A DNA stretch of 64,000 bases from Lama glama. Its lineage: Eukaryota. The notes below the pieces were generated by a model, which was given only the letters and a program-made list of their open reading frames with translations, was not told the DNA's origin and made no database searches. The stretch spans positions 29,576,001 to 29,640,000 of the forward strand of contig CM052818.1 of the NCBI GenBank assembly GCA_028534125.1, read 5' to 3'. This document shows, in pieces, positions 25,981 through 39,547 of the stretch; within the stretch, counting starts at the first letter, position 1; each line of letters starts with the position of its first letter. The translations under genes and the position numbers were made by a program.

Positions 25981-27548
25981 TTTTTCCTTCTCAGTTTTAC
26001 CTGAAAAAACATGAATGAGAACACAAAGTGATTGTTCTACGCTGCTATTAAGTAACAGGGATTCTGCCAGGCGGTCTACACACATCACCTCCAGTCTCGT
26101 AGCCTTATGTCATTCCCAGTAAAGAAAGGTTTAATCGGAGGCGTCCTTCTAGCTCTGAAGCCCATGGTTTGCCTATCTTGTCAGGCATTTATGGTGAACT
26201 TATTTAAATGATACACTCATATCACCATGATCATGATCAAGAAGCATACAAGTCCCCTCTTATTAAATTCACAGTTTCACTTACTTGTCACTAATAAAGA
26301 CCCACCTTCATTTATTACAACCTTCATACACCCATTCATTAACTCAGTCAACAAATACACATTAAGTCCCTGTTTTGCACTGTTCTGGACCAAGGGATTC
26401 TGCGCTGAACAGAACTGACAGCCTTTGCCCTCATGAAGCTCAGTCTAGTGAGACATTTCCCAGCCATACACATGAAGGCATGAGCACAGGTGAATCAAGA
26501 ACCTGCTTTAGCATTTCCTGCTTCAAAACCCTGTCTCCAAGAACGCATTGTCTATTTAACAGCAGACCTCTATTCCATCATTCTATGCGATGTAGGCAGC
26601 CACTTTTGATGTGTGTGGTACTATCCAAGAATTTTATCAAAGTGAATGCCTAAAGACTGAACTTTCCTGTTTTAGTACCACAAATTCTAATTCATTTTAA
26701 ATAAATATTTAACGGAATTTTCTGTGCACCAGACAAAAACCATTCCAAATTCTAAATCTGCATGCCTATACCACACTTTCTACGCACAAGTCACATCCAG
26801 TTTCTGGAGTTCTCTAATTTAAGATAGCAATCAGAACTCCATGGTATGGTTTATAAACTCATTTCAATTTCTGCAAATCGGGGAAGTGTACTTAGATAAT
26901 TAAGGCAAAACAAATCCTGTCTGGATAAACTCCACTGGCATTTTATAAACAAAATGACTTATACCTGTGGCCAAGTTTCACAAGATGGTTTGAGATACCT
27001 TTATCATTTATATTCAGCTTTCTCCCATGCCTGCAGCTGGGGGCAGGGTGGAGGAAGTGGGTGGTGAGTGAGCTGCTAAGAAAAAGAATTTGAGATTTTT
27101 GACCTTGGGGCTAATACTGATCTACTATATGTTACCTCAATACCTTTATCTTAAAATAGAATGCATAACCTAATCTTCAAGATGATCTGAAGGAGCAAAT
27201 TAAAGCATCCTGAAAAGTCTTCGAAAGCATTAAAAGTAAAATGTTAGTGTAAAGATAAGTAGACACTGCACCACTAAGACCGTCCAGCAGCCCTTGTGTC
27301 CGGAATCCAATGTTCTGGAGACAAAAGAAACATTTAAGAACGACATCTACGAGAAAGTGTGCAAATCTGTCAGTTTTTTTTTAAGAAGAAATTTTTTGAA
27401 TTTTATTAAGTAATTGTGAAGCTGAGTCCCCTTTACACTGAGTTCCCCTGTCAAGTTTACAACTAACCACTCTATCCAAAACTTCATTCTCTTTCTTGTG
27501 CCACCCCTCCTCCCCTCGGGATGAGGAAAGTCAAAGAAAAGGGGTAAC

Positions 27549-28094
27549 TGACCGAGCAGGCTCACATAGGGGCCTTCCAGTGACAGACCACAACACGTCC
27601 CCATTTACTGTTAATCAGGAAAAGAGGCTATGGAAATACACTGTGACTTCCTAGGCTCCACAACTTAAACAATAAATCAGTCACAAGCACTCCCAGTTCT
27701 GTTTCAAAGGTAAAGATGAGTCTGACGCACATTCCTGCTGTTCTGTAGACACTAAACCCCTGCCCCCACCAGGCAGAGGAAGTTGACCACCAGCAGGTAG
27801 CCCCAAGACCAACTGAAACCAGAAAGTTGATGATGTTGACTTCTGAAACACCACCCTGTTACCTCACCAACCAATCAGAAGGATGCCCACGAGCTGATGG
27901 TACTCCCCCTCACCTCGCCTTTAAAAGATCCTTCCCCAAAAGCCATGGCAGAGTTCTGGCCTTCTGAGCCTGAGCCACCCTTCTTCTTGTTTGGCACCTG
28001 CAGTAAATGCCATGCTTTCCTTCACCACAGTCCCAGGGCAGGAAACTGGCTTTGCTGCAGACGGGCCAGCGGACCCAAGTTCGGTTTGGTTACA
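27549..28094 (+). mobile_element. ERV1-type solo LTR (family not assigned)
   Basis: Begins near tgaccgagcagg. Contains CCAAT (accaaccaatcaga), TATA-like ctttaaaa and a variant polyA signal agtaaa. Ends ggacccaagttcggtttggttaca. Confidence 0.7.
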
Positions 28095-29279
28095 ATTGTA
28101 TGATTTATATTACTAACGAATTGTTACTTTGACTTTGTCCTCTCATACTGCCACAAATCTGTCAGTTTCTATTTACACTTGTAGAAGCTAAAACACAACA
28201 CAAATATCCACAAGATGGGGATAGTCTCCCACCAAAAAAGGAAGGAAGGAAGGGCGGGAGGGAGGAAGGAAGAGGAGGGGGAAAAAAACAGTTACTACTT
28301 TTTTCTTTGCCAAAACTTAACAAGAGATGGAACAGGGCCCAATGAGACAAAGAAGTACAAACGATTCCGGCTGCTGAATCAACAGAAATTATTCCCAATA
28401 CTCCTAATGAATTAAGGAACACCAGTAAACACTGTAAAGATAATGTTACTCAAGATAAAAATTAAGCAGATGATCATATCATTCGGTTACAGAAAGCCTA
28501 TGTCCTCCTGCCCAGTAGTTGTGTGGCTGAACCCTCTTGTTTCCTGGTTATAATGAAAAGATAAGTAAGACACCAAACTGTTATCAAGGACTTATTCAGG
28601 CGAGTTTCGGACCTCATGTCATCAGTCTGCAGCTGCTACACTCTCCCCTGCCCTCTGGACTGGGTCTGAGTCCTTCCTGTAGCACATCCACTGCTAGCTA
28701 CAGACTCCAGCTCCATGTCCCCAGACATGAGATTCCTACCTTGCAATTTCCATTAACTGTATCCCCATCGGAAAGTCAGAGCTGCCATTCCTTTCTCAGT
28801 AACCTACCTGGTCATCTCAGTTCCTCCAGACTAGACCTCTGCTTGCCGCCCTCCCCTCACGCAAGAGCTTCTCTGTACCTAAGCTCCAAGTAGCTGCAGC
28901 CAGCAGCTTCCAGATGGTCCCTTTCTACGCTACTGTATTACTTGCTTCACAATGGGCAGATACATGCAGAACACTTAGAACAATGCCTGGCATGCAAAAA
29001 GGCTAAAATACAGTTATTTCTGCATTCTAACTCCTGGACTTTCAGTCTCCCTGCTTGGGACTCCCCCACCACTCCACAATAGGTCCTCTGCATGGTGCTG
29101 TCCCACCAGACTCCCCAGGCCCTCCAGACCCCACAACCTGCCTGCCAGCCTGGACTCCTTCCCATAGTCACAGCTGAGCCTGTCACCACTCAGGACCCAC
29201 CACATCCAGTGGCCAGGCCACATCCACACAACATGTGCCCCCAAATTTAAAATGTGGCTTATTTTCCTACCTAGTTAGA

Positions 29280-29460
29280 TGTTGGTTTGAATCTTGGCCC
29301 TGCCTCCTACTTACACATGGTCTTATACCAGTGACTTCGGTTCCCTCATCCTCAGTTTTCCATCTGTAAAATGAGGATGCTAATAAGTATGTGACAGGGT
29401 TACTGTAAGACAGTATAGACCCAACGCTTCACAAACAGTGAGTGCTCAACAAAGGAGTTG
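29280..29460 (+). mobile_element. MIR SINE
   Basis: tttgaatcttggccctgcc...ctcagttttccatctgtaaaatgagga. Confidence 0.7.
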
Positions 29461-29658
29461 CTTTTCACACTGTTAAGACAGGGATGCATGTGATCCATTT
29501 GAGGGGAAAAACATGATCAAGACTTAGAACCAGAATCCCACTTCTGGAAACCTGTCCTACAGATGACCTTCCGCCGGTGTGCATGGATGTGCCGGGAGAG
29601 GGTGGTCAGTGTCTTTCAGAACCGTGACAGAGGTTTTTATTAGGTGAGAGTTTGGGTG

Positions 29659-30052
29659 GTATGTTAGCTTCCTAGGACTATCATAAAATTACCACTAACT
29701 AGGGGGCTTAAAACAAACTTTTTCTCACAGTTACAGACACCAAAAGTCTAAGAACCCAAGATGCTGGCAGGGCTGTAGGCCTTCTGAAGGCTCTGAGGCT
29801 ATACGCCCCTCTGGGCCTCTTCCAGCTTCTGGGGACTCCAGGCTTATCTCGGCCTCTGTCATCACGTGGCTTTCTCTTCCTTCTCCCTGTCTTTTCTCTT
29901 CTTATGAGGAGGACACTAGTGCTCTCATCTTAAAGTTTTTAAATTAATTACATCAGCAAAAACGGATTCCAAATAAGGCCACATTCCCAGGTTCCAAGGA
30001 TCAGGATGTGGATGGACCTACCTTTTGGAGGGGCACCACTCAACCCACTGAA
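29659..30052 (-). mobile_element. MaLR MLT1 solo LTR
   Basis: gttagcttcctagg...ggcttaaaacaaac...ttctcacagtt...ttccaaataaggccacattc...ggggcaccactcaacccac is a reverse MLT1B/C/D-like sequence. Confidence 0.8.
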
Positions 30053-31721
30053 AGCTGGGACCCAGGAAGATGTTCACCACAGAGACCTGGTCAAACTGTG
30101 GAACGTGGTGGAATTCTCTCGGCTGTGGGAGGAGCCGAGCAGGGCCGAGCTGCTGAAGGTGGCACCTGAGGACGGTGTTGGCTAAGGCACCTGTCGAACC
30201 ATGTGTCAGGTGGTACAATGTGAGTGGGAAAAAGCATATGCCTGTTTTTAAAAACACAGATGCCTATTTGTGCCAAGAATTTTAAAAGCAAGAACAAATA
30301 GGAAACTGGTGGCTTCTAGAATGAGATACAGTGAGAAAGGGACCCTTTTTGGATTATACCTTTCTGAGCAGTTGAGTTATTTGCTTGCCTACAGGATATC
30401 CAACAGAGTGCTCTAAATGCAGGTTATTAATTACTACTGCCCAGGACCCACAAGCAGAAACGCCAAGGATACAGAGGGAAGCCTGGGGACACCCCCACTG
30501 GCAGCATCTTCCCAGGCCCCTGCACAACGTCAGGGCCTCTTTCCTCCCTGTCTTGCCCTGAAGGGGCCTCTCTGACCCACTTCACTAGTCAATCTTAGCC
30601 ACAAATTTTAAAGCATAAAAGCTACCTGGGCACACACACAACAATCTGATGCATGTATGTGCCACAAATACAGGATCATCAAGTTTCACCAAGTTCTCTG
30701 GGTTTCTTTAATCCTGTAAAAGCCTTCTTTGTCTGCTGTTTTCTGAAAAGTCACAAAGAGAGCATTGGAGATGGGCAGCCGACCCTCTGAATAGAATGAG
30801 AAAGCATTTCCAGACCTCAGATCCCTTCACCTGTAATGCAAATTTAATTAACACTCAGCAAGGTCTCCTCGTGAATCAACCATTACTTCCCAGGGGAGCC
30901 TCTGGTCTCCTTGGGGAAGCCTCCTCTGTTAGAGCATCAAATGTCCTTTCAATTCAAGAAATCTTTAGGAATTTAAGCTTCCTTCATTTTCCAGTGCACC
31001 AGGAGGTCACAGCAAAAAAAAAAAAGAACATCGCCTTCATAAATGACCTTCTGGAACTTCCTTTTTCAGTGACTAATTGTTTTTTGACCTCTGAAGTTCT
31101 CCATTCAAATCATGACATTCTGCATCTGAACAGCTCTGCCTTAAGGGCACATCCAGATAACAGTTAACACAACTTCTTTTTGAGAGTTCCAGGAACTAAA
31201 CCCTTGCGTGAAGCCTGCAAGGCCTCAGCCGTGCTTTTTGTTAGGGAAACTCCCTGGGGCATGGGAAATAACCACTATGCATGCCTGAAGAAACCCCAAG
31301 AGTCCTGCACCCAGACTCTTCCTCTCCTGAACACTGCCCCTTGCTGTCAGGTGACCCTTCCCCAAGCACAACCCTGATCCTCTGTCACCTCAGGCTTCCC
31401 ACAGCCTCCTGAGACTCTTCAAGTTGATCTGTAAGACTCTCCTTAATTGAGACTCAGCCTACGGGGAAAGGGAGCGCATAAAGAAGGCATAATATTTTGA
31501 GACATGAACCAATTTTTTTCCTTGTATATCCTCCTCCCCCTTCGCCCACCAATTCAAACTAGGTTCTTACATTTACTGTCTCAGAAGGACGTGGCCAGGA
31601 AAAAGCAGAATTATCCCACATGTTCTATCCAAAAGCCCAAGCCCACAGATGGAAACACACAGAAAAAATAACCTGGCCAGAGGTACCACAGGGGATATTT
31701 CCAGAAATGAAAAAAAAGGAG

Positions 31722-32733
31722 TGCTGCATCAGGCAGGAGAGAAAAGAGGTAGATTCCCAGGTTTAGAAGCAGAACTCCTGGGAAGGACACGAGAGCCTGA
31801 CAAGGTAAGAGCTTGATGGTGGGTCTCAGCAGCCTCAAAAAGATTCTCACACAACAGAGAACCAAACAGACCCCAAGGACTAGGACTGGTAGTGAGTAGG
31901 ACCCTGCAGGCACTGCACCCCCAACCCCTCCCCCCCCCACTTTACAGAAAAGCTGAAGTCTCCCAGGCCTTCCTGAGTCATAAACAAGTAGCCTCAAGCA
32001 GTTGGACAAGTAGGACAAGCCCGCAGGGCAAGTCTGCACACAGTGTGGGCTCTGACCACCCATCTCGATGATTAACTGAGACTGTGCGCTGCTTCCCTTT
32101 ACAACTTTTATGGCTGAGCAGAACCTTCGGAGATGGTTTTTGAGGGACACTGAGTCTGCCAGACTGCTGGCATTCCAGTTAAAAGCAACCTTCTTTTTTG
32201 TTACCAACGCTGTTTCCCCCAGGATCATACCCCTGCCCCTCCCTCAAATAGAACCCAATTACTCTTATCTAGGTCTCAGGAGGCAGCTGCAAGGGGAAGA
32301 AACAAGAACTGGTTAGAACCAAGTAGGTCCAAGATGGCACAGGATCTGACGTCCAGTGGACCTTGAGCCTCATTATACATTCATTCTAATGCATTAGCAT
32401 GCTACGTGGCACACCCACCAGCACATGACAGTTGACCAGAAAGGCCCACACAAGGACAAAGGACAAGGCAATTGGCTCCAGCACACCCAAGAGGACATGA
32501 TGGCAGAAGTCCAATAAAAGTCCACGTGGCCTGACTCCAAGCTGGAGCTGTCTTGACCAGCCATCTTGGCTGGCGGCTCCCTGCTCCAGTACTCTCTTTC
32601 CTTTTCCTCTTTTGAGAAGTAAAGCAGCTTTCCACGTTGTCCCTCTTCCTCTGCTGTGAATTCTTTCACAGCCGGCGGCAAAGACCCACATTTGATAGGC
32701 TTCCTAATTTAGGAGTCTCGCTACCCGCTAACA
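31722..32733 (+). mobile_element. Composite of ERV1 LTR pieces: LTR-A (~31722-32210, 3' truncated) + MER41-like LTR-B (~32211-32733)
   Basis: LTR-A contains ttttatggctgagcagaaccttcggagatggtttttgagggacactgagtc...ttaaaagcaacc. LTR-B 32307-32433 is homologous to 23276-23392 and ends gctaaca. Confidence 0.65.
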
Positions 32734-35700
32734 AGATGTTTTACGTCCTATGGTAAATAATAAAAGACAATGATGAGGACCAGATGCCCACCCAATCTCT
32801 TGGCAAATATAAGATTTCAGAACCATGACACAAGGCAGGGAGGCCTCACAAAAGACTAACGAGATGCTTCCCACAGCAGAGTCAGACAGTGAGCCTGAAA
32901 CATTAACTGAGTTATAAAATAATTAGTCATACTTCTGCCACAGATAACTTTTTGGACTGAGATCCACTCCCATTATGCTACCTTTACAACTACTCCCATG
33001 ATTAGAACCAATGTGCTAACAAACTCAGGTTCTTTTGACATTATAGACCCTGAGATTTCCTTTCCTATCACACTTGAGCATGGTATTCCTTCCACATCAG
33101 AAGCCTTTCCCCATTTCTATCCACTTACTCTCACTCATCCGTCAGTTCCTAGCTCAGCATCACTGTGTATGCATGTGTGTACAAAGTGTTAAGTGAGTGT
33201 GTAAAGTACATATATGTGCGTATGCAACCATGTGCAAGCTTTATCCTGAGAATCTTTAAGGGCATAGAGCAGATACTTTTCAGCTAAGATACCAGTACTG
33301 TAACCAGACACAGCATCTCAGTAACTATTCACTGAATGAAAACGAAAGGGGAACTGGGGAGGAGGGACAGAGAGAGGAAAAAAGAAATGGATAAATAAAA
33401 CAGATTACTTTCAAGGGTTAATTTCTATGTCAGTTATTTGAAATAGAAAACTTTCATAGAAAGTGTATTATATATAATACACAGTATGGTAAAAGTTTTA
33501 AATTACACATTTATATATTAAAAATAGAATTGCATTTGAGTCTGTTTTGAACATAGATATAAAAAGAAGAGCTTAGATTTAAGTAGACGGTGGACAAGCA
33601 AATAAAGAGAGGGAGATTTTACAAAGAACTTCTGGAATTTTGAAAGGACTTAAACAAATGGGGACCCAGGGTCTACTTCAAAATGCAGTATTCCTTCACA
33701 TAGCAGCATCATTTGTGTTATTTTCATTATCACTAGTCACAGTTAGAGCCTTTTTGGTCTACATTTGCAACACAGAAAGGTAGCAGGTCAAAAAAAAATA
33801 GTAGTATATGGATTATGAAGAATATTTTTTAAAAGGCAGTCTATTGGGGAACAAACTGCACTGCACATGGTAAAGAAAGAATTACAAAGACAAGGTTCCT
33901 ACAGAGCAAGAGGTGACAGGGATGAGGCTGCGGGGGACATGATCCCTGCGACAGGCCCTAGGTGGCGCCATTGGTCTGGGACAGCCTGGTTGCCTTTTAG
34001 AGGGAAATGGGACGGGAAAGCTTTCTAAGTCAGGAGTAGATGTATGTCACAGCACATGTGTCTATTACAAGCTTCGCTCTGAAAGTTCAGATTTTATCAC
34101 CTCTTAAAAACGGAAATGCTTCTGGATAGCGACCACTAATCTCACATACATCCTATTAACATCGTATTTCCTAATATTTGTTCTATATTAATTCTCCAAA
34201 TTGTCTGACTGGTTCAAGGTATATAATCAGTTCAATTAAACAAATAACCACATTCCCTCCTGTTGGTTTGGTTGTTTTAGTGCAATAACTGGGAACATCC
34301 AGAAAGCTTCCTTTACCCTCCATCTGTGCTCCCATTTCATTGACTGATAATTTCATCACAGCACATACTGTAATGTCCTGCAAATCTGGTTTACTCTTCT
34401 GTTTTCTCCACTAGAATGTTCCATCCTTGAGAAAAGACAGTCTCATTAATCTTTCTATCTTCTGCGCCTGATACAAATTAAGCGTTTAATTAATGCTGAA
34501 TAGTTGTAATAGCTAGTTAGACTATATGAACAGCAAAATAAGACAAAATTAACAGGTAAAATGAAAGCATGATCATCATAAATCAATACCACAGGTGGGT
34601 AAAAACACTCTACCTTGCTGAACTGAGTATGTATCAGTCTGGTCTAGTGATTAACTACTCATAAATGTCTACTTTTAAAAAGTAAGTGTTAAAGATTTTC
34701 ATTAAAATTAACTCAAACTCACCTTCCATTAACCTGTGGCTATAAAATCTGATTAGCTTATAAACATTTTATTTTCCTTTGAATTAAAAATAATTACCTA
34801 CATAAAAACATATGGCTTCCCAAATTTTTCTTCAAATAGTTATTCCCACAATTACACATCTCACAGTAAATATACATGTACTCAAAATGAGGTTGGCGTT
34901 ATCAGTGCTTCTGGTCACATTACTAGTATTGTTCACCTCTCTCTAATAGCATGGTTAATTTTAGGAATCTAATTGCTTCAAAATTCAGATCTGCAGGCCT
35001 GGGCTAAGTGTCTCACTGCTGCACTAAAATTCTGTTGACTCTGCCCTGAAGAGTATTTGTGAGGTCAAAAATGCAGCCTTTCCATTTCTTTGAGAGAAAA
35101 TGTTCATTGTGTTCCCACCACTTAACATCAGTTATGTGACCAATTCCAAGTTCATGGTGTTACAATAGGGGTTATCACATTTCATGATGAATGACCAGAC
35201 TCAATCTCAAGTATTCGGTTACACATAAATGTCTCCAAAATTTATATATCTAGATGGGACCTTCCAGGCTCCATATATTTGCAACTGCGTACTGGGCATC
35301 TACACTCAAATGAGCAGCCTTCTGCAGGCAATTCAACTGCAAAGCATGGAACACTGAATTCATCAGCTTCACCTCCTGCTGGGTTCCCTTAATCAGTGAA
35401 CTGGTACCTAACTGCCTCACTGCCCACAGCCACACCTCCAGCCACACCTCACTGTCCACATCCATCAGAAATCATGTGAAAAGAACACACAATTTTTAGG
35501 TATTACCAGATATTACAGTTTCAACAGGATTTTTTAGACATTATCTTTGAGTTTTTTTGTTTCTAAATAAAACTTAGCAGTAACAATAATGCTTTCCTCA
35601 AAGCAGATAAGCAATGGCAGAAACTCTGAATCACGATTCGTAATTCTTTGGATTACCAGCAAAGCTAAGGTCAAGGAGAGAACTTTGACTAGCAACGCAA

Positions 35701-37512
35701 AAACATTCCAAGTGGAAAGAAGAACTGTGGCCTGGCCGTTGGTTCAGGAATCATTTAAGCTCTGTGATCATGTTAAACTAGTCATTTTTAAGATTGACAG
35801 CTCACCCTATTTAACAGGGAGCAATACACCTCCCTAGCTCTATGGGTTTGTCTCCAATGGCAGAGCAGAGACACAAATCTCTCCCAACTTACTCATAGTC
35901 AAAATATACGTAACTCCAACCATATCCTTGATACCCCTTTCTTACTGTTGGTGCATCAGCACAGAGGACCAGTAATCATTTCAACAACTCAAAGAGGTTT
36001 AATTTATTACCAGGAAATCAGAAAGCTTTGGTTGCCTAAATCTGTTCACTAATAATTCAATCACTGAACAAAGTATATAATAATCTGGGGAAAAAATGGC
36101 CCAACGTATAAAAAATGATCCTTAGAAGGATATGCTTGCTAAAGTGTTTCACTTTTAAGCACCTGAAAATGAATTTTATCAGAATACCATCATATTCTAA
36201 GAAGTATGAAGTTTATCACTTGCTTTGAGTATTAAGTTTAATAACCCCCATTGAATAAAACACACACCCCCAGCAAAATTGGTTAATTGTTAACAGGGAG
36301 CTGGGTAACTTCAAAGTCAGATGCAGGTTCAAACACACACAGGCCATTTTAACGGTGCACTTTTACAGTCCATCATTGTTGCATCTTGCCAAGAAGGTGG
36401 GAAGGAATTTTTCATAAACATCATGCCAACATAACAGTCACAGCTGAATAATGTCCATTTTTTTGATGGAACCAACAAATGCTTTTTGCAGTTATCTCAG
36501 GATGATTTCAAGTTATACTAATAATCTTACTGCATTCCAAATTTTGAGGCTGAAAAAAATCACAAGGCTAAGTTAATTAGTAGGAAATCAAAATATTTAT
36601 GCAATATTTACTTTTATTTCAGAAGTCAGCTCTCTCCAGCCCTTACCTGTTACTTGATATTCTACTGCCTAAAAAGTGGGAGACTGAGACAATCTACTTC
36701 TTGAAGGGCTGTGATCCCTCAATTTCCAGCTTCAGATCACCTGCATCTTGACTTCAGAACATTGGCTCACAAGAGGAATAAAAAGTGCACTACATTACCT
36801 CCTGACCACCAAAAAATAATACTAAAAAAAAAGTGGCAACAACTTATCTGTATGTTTAGAACTCACCAAGCCCTTTCACATATCCTACTTTAACACTGAA
36901 CTCAGCAAAAATGGGTAACTGATGTTTTAGAGCCAATTTGGAGACTGAAGTAGACTTAATCATTTTGAAACTTACAAACACACTTAATAAAAAAGGCAAC
37001 ATAAAATAAAAACAAACGTAAAGTCAATTCCCCCAAAAAACTTGGCAGTTCTCATAATCCCCTGACTTTGGCCCAACAGGAAAACTTATAAAAAGGAGTG
37101 ATTTCTTGTTTGAATGCAATACTGAAAAGGAACCACAAGACTCACTCAACTCCCACTGGTTATTTCTGAGATTATCAAAGCGTAAGTGCACACCAGTGCT
37201 TCACAGGTAAGGAGTAATCTGCTAAGATTTATCTGATACACAATTAAAAAAAAAAAACCCAACCATGATAACTGTCAATGATTAAATCAAAAAGAATGCA
37301 GAAAGACTAGTGATTAGGGCTTCTTTTCTGCCTGGCAAAGCTATTTCTATGATTTCTTCCCCCTAGCTCTCTCCACTTCCTCATCTGCCATTCTCTCTGC
37401 AACCACTGCCCTGCCCAAGACCAGCAAGGACCACATCACTGCCAGTTCCAACACCAGGTTCAGTCCTCATGCTGCCCTCCCTGTGGAGGGTGACCTGCAC
37501 AACTCTTCCCTC

Positions 37513-37911
37513 CAGGGTTGACACTGGTGCTGATCACCACATGTCTCTGAATCACCACTCTCTGGACACATAATAAGAGTACATGTCCTCACTGCCTTTG
37601 AGGTGAGGTAGGCCATATCACATCATTTATGCCAATAAAATGGGAAAGAAAATAACCTAGGCTGAAATGTTGAGAGCCAATGCATGGCTCTCCCTAACTT
37701 CTCCCCTCTGCCATGGGAACCAGCAATGTTTCAGAGAGTGAGAATTTCCCAAGCTCTGTCAGCTTAGGTTCATGGACATGGCCCAGGGGTGATTATGTGA
37801 CATATAGCCCAAAGCAATCTGCGACAAGTATTTGCACGACCAAGAAACAGATCTTTGTTCTTTTAAGTCCCTGAGAGTAGAAGTTTTGTTACATGGTAAC
37901 CTTACTTATAC
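37513..37911 (+). mobile_element. MaLR MLT1 (old, I/J-like) LTR within L2 relic
   Basis: aggtgaggtaggccat...gccaataaaatg...aagaaacagatctttgttcttttaagtccctgaga...ttttgttaca. Confidence 0.65.
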
Positions 37912-38027
37912 TTCAATTTTCTTCCTTTCTATTAGTCTGTGGGACCACACTCTTCTGATTTTTCTCTGGCCTTTACCACTGGTACAGCTCCTGCTCCACA
38001 GCCCACTCATCAGCCCACTTCCTAGGT

Positions 38028-38145
38028 ACTGTGCTAGACAGTCTCCAAGATGACTCCAACAACCCCTACCTCCTGGTACTCAAGCTCTTGTGGAATCCCC
38101 TCCTTTTGAGAGCGGGCAGAACAAGTGACTCTTTTCTAGTGAATG
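38028..38145 (+). mobile_element. MaLR MLT1 5' fragment (followed by MIR piece)
   Basis: tgtgctagacagtctccaagatgactcc...cctcctggtactca...aatcccctcc. Confidence 0.6.
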
Positions 38146-38368
38146 AGGCCCAGAGGTATGAACACTTTGGGTCAAGATCTTACAGCTAGTGGCCAACCCA
38201 AAGTTCTGATCTGGTTCCCGACCACTACACAGGTATAGTGCTCCCACACCATCCTGCCTCCTCTACTGGGGTCTGCTCTGAGCTACCACCACAGGGAGAC
38301 ACACAAGAAGACACAGTCCTGCCTTCACAGATCTGCTTGCAAGGAATCTATAAATTAGAAATGAAGGA

Positions 38369-38436
38369 TGGAATTTACACAACACTGTAAAATGATTATA
38401 AATCAATAAAAAATGTTTTAAAAAAAAAGAAGAAGA
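38369..38436 (+). mobile_element. Extremely 5'-truncated young L1 tail with 12-bp TSD
   Basis: acacaacactgtaaaatgattataaatcaataaaaaa matches the L1 end at 16802-16840. TSD agaaatgaagga (38357-38368) / agaagtgaagga (38437-38448). Confidence 0.85.
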
Positions 38437-39547
38437 AGAAGTGAAGGAACCAGTGAGAACACGCTTCTTCCAGGAGCTATAAGAATAAACTGAAGACTGG
38501 AATAGAGGCTTGCTTCTTGTAAATTAGGTGTGGTCCTCAGGCTTTGGGGAAGTTCCCAACGTGGGTGAGCAAGTCTAGGCATTCTCCTGGCACAAAACCA
38601 CTCAACGGTGAAGAGGTAACCACTTAGTTGGGGAACTGGGCAGGCACCAATTAAAGGGCCTCTTCAAGCAAATCCAGCCACACTTGAAGTAAGGACCTGT
38701 GGCCACCAGCCATGGCTAGCCACCCACCACCTAACACCAGCTAAGAAGTTCCATCTTCCCAGACAGGCATGCCGCCCCAGTTTATTTTACCCTTCACTTA
38801 GGGCCACAGTCACCTTGCCGTGGCCCTAAACAAACTATCCTTGGCAGGGCAAGTAACCAACAATGCCAGACGGAGAAATGACAAACTCTTCCAACAAACT
38901 TTTCAAAGGGGGGGTGGGGGGAAGACATTTCTGAGTTTGTTTTTTCGTGGGCAGCTGGAAAAAAAAATAAATCTACCACATACCAACACCTCTCCAAAAG
39001 GTTTCTTGCCAGGACCATGATGACTGGTGTTAAGAATGCAAGTTTCCTGCAGAGAGAATGTGACACATCACTGAGGCAAAGGCAGGTCCAGTCCAGGCTG
39101 AAAATCTTTGTCAGAACTGGGTTATGCTTCCACTGTAAGAAGTTTAAAACGAGGGCAGTGGTGAAGTCACATCAGTGAGTCACTTTCCCACACGCTGTGC
39201 TCACCTTTCAACAGAATCAAAAGATCAAGTTCTCCCAGAGCTTCCTTTGGGCTGTGAGCTGTTTCCCGCACTCCGGAGTGTCTGATATTCTGAGGAAATC
39301 CAAAGCACCGCACCCACCCATTCCCTATGAATAACCCAGAGAAACTGCACAAAATAGTAATGACAGTAGGAATCTGTGGACAAGAGAGAGGGAACTAAGA
39401 GGCTGACACTGGAACTGCACGGTATTCAGGGCTCTGCTCTATGATTGTTTTTTTTAGCAGTAAGACTAGTCTGTGAGCAGACCTCTGTGCTGTGGGAACC
39501 CAAGTATGAGGCCTGAGAATAATCCAGACCCATGCCTTTCAGACTAC

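Noticed and set aside
31611..32228. 205-aa minus-strand ORF
   Set aside because: Lies antisense across an LTR and has no gag/pol/env motifs.
23208..32733. Two same-orientation MER41-like LTRs ~9 kb apart as a possible provirus
   Set aside because: The first LTR has its own TSD on both sides, and the two share only ~125 bp. The interval holds MIR, L2, MER20 and MLT1 rather than gag-pol-env.
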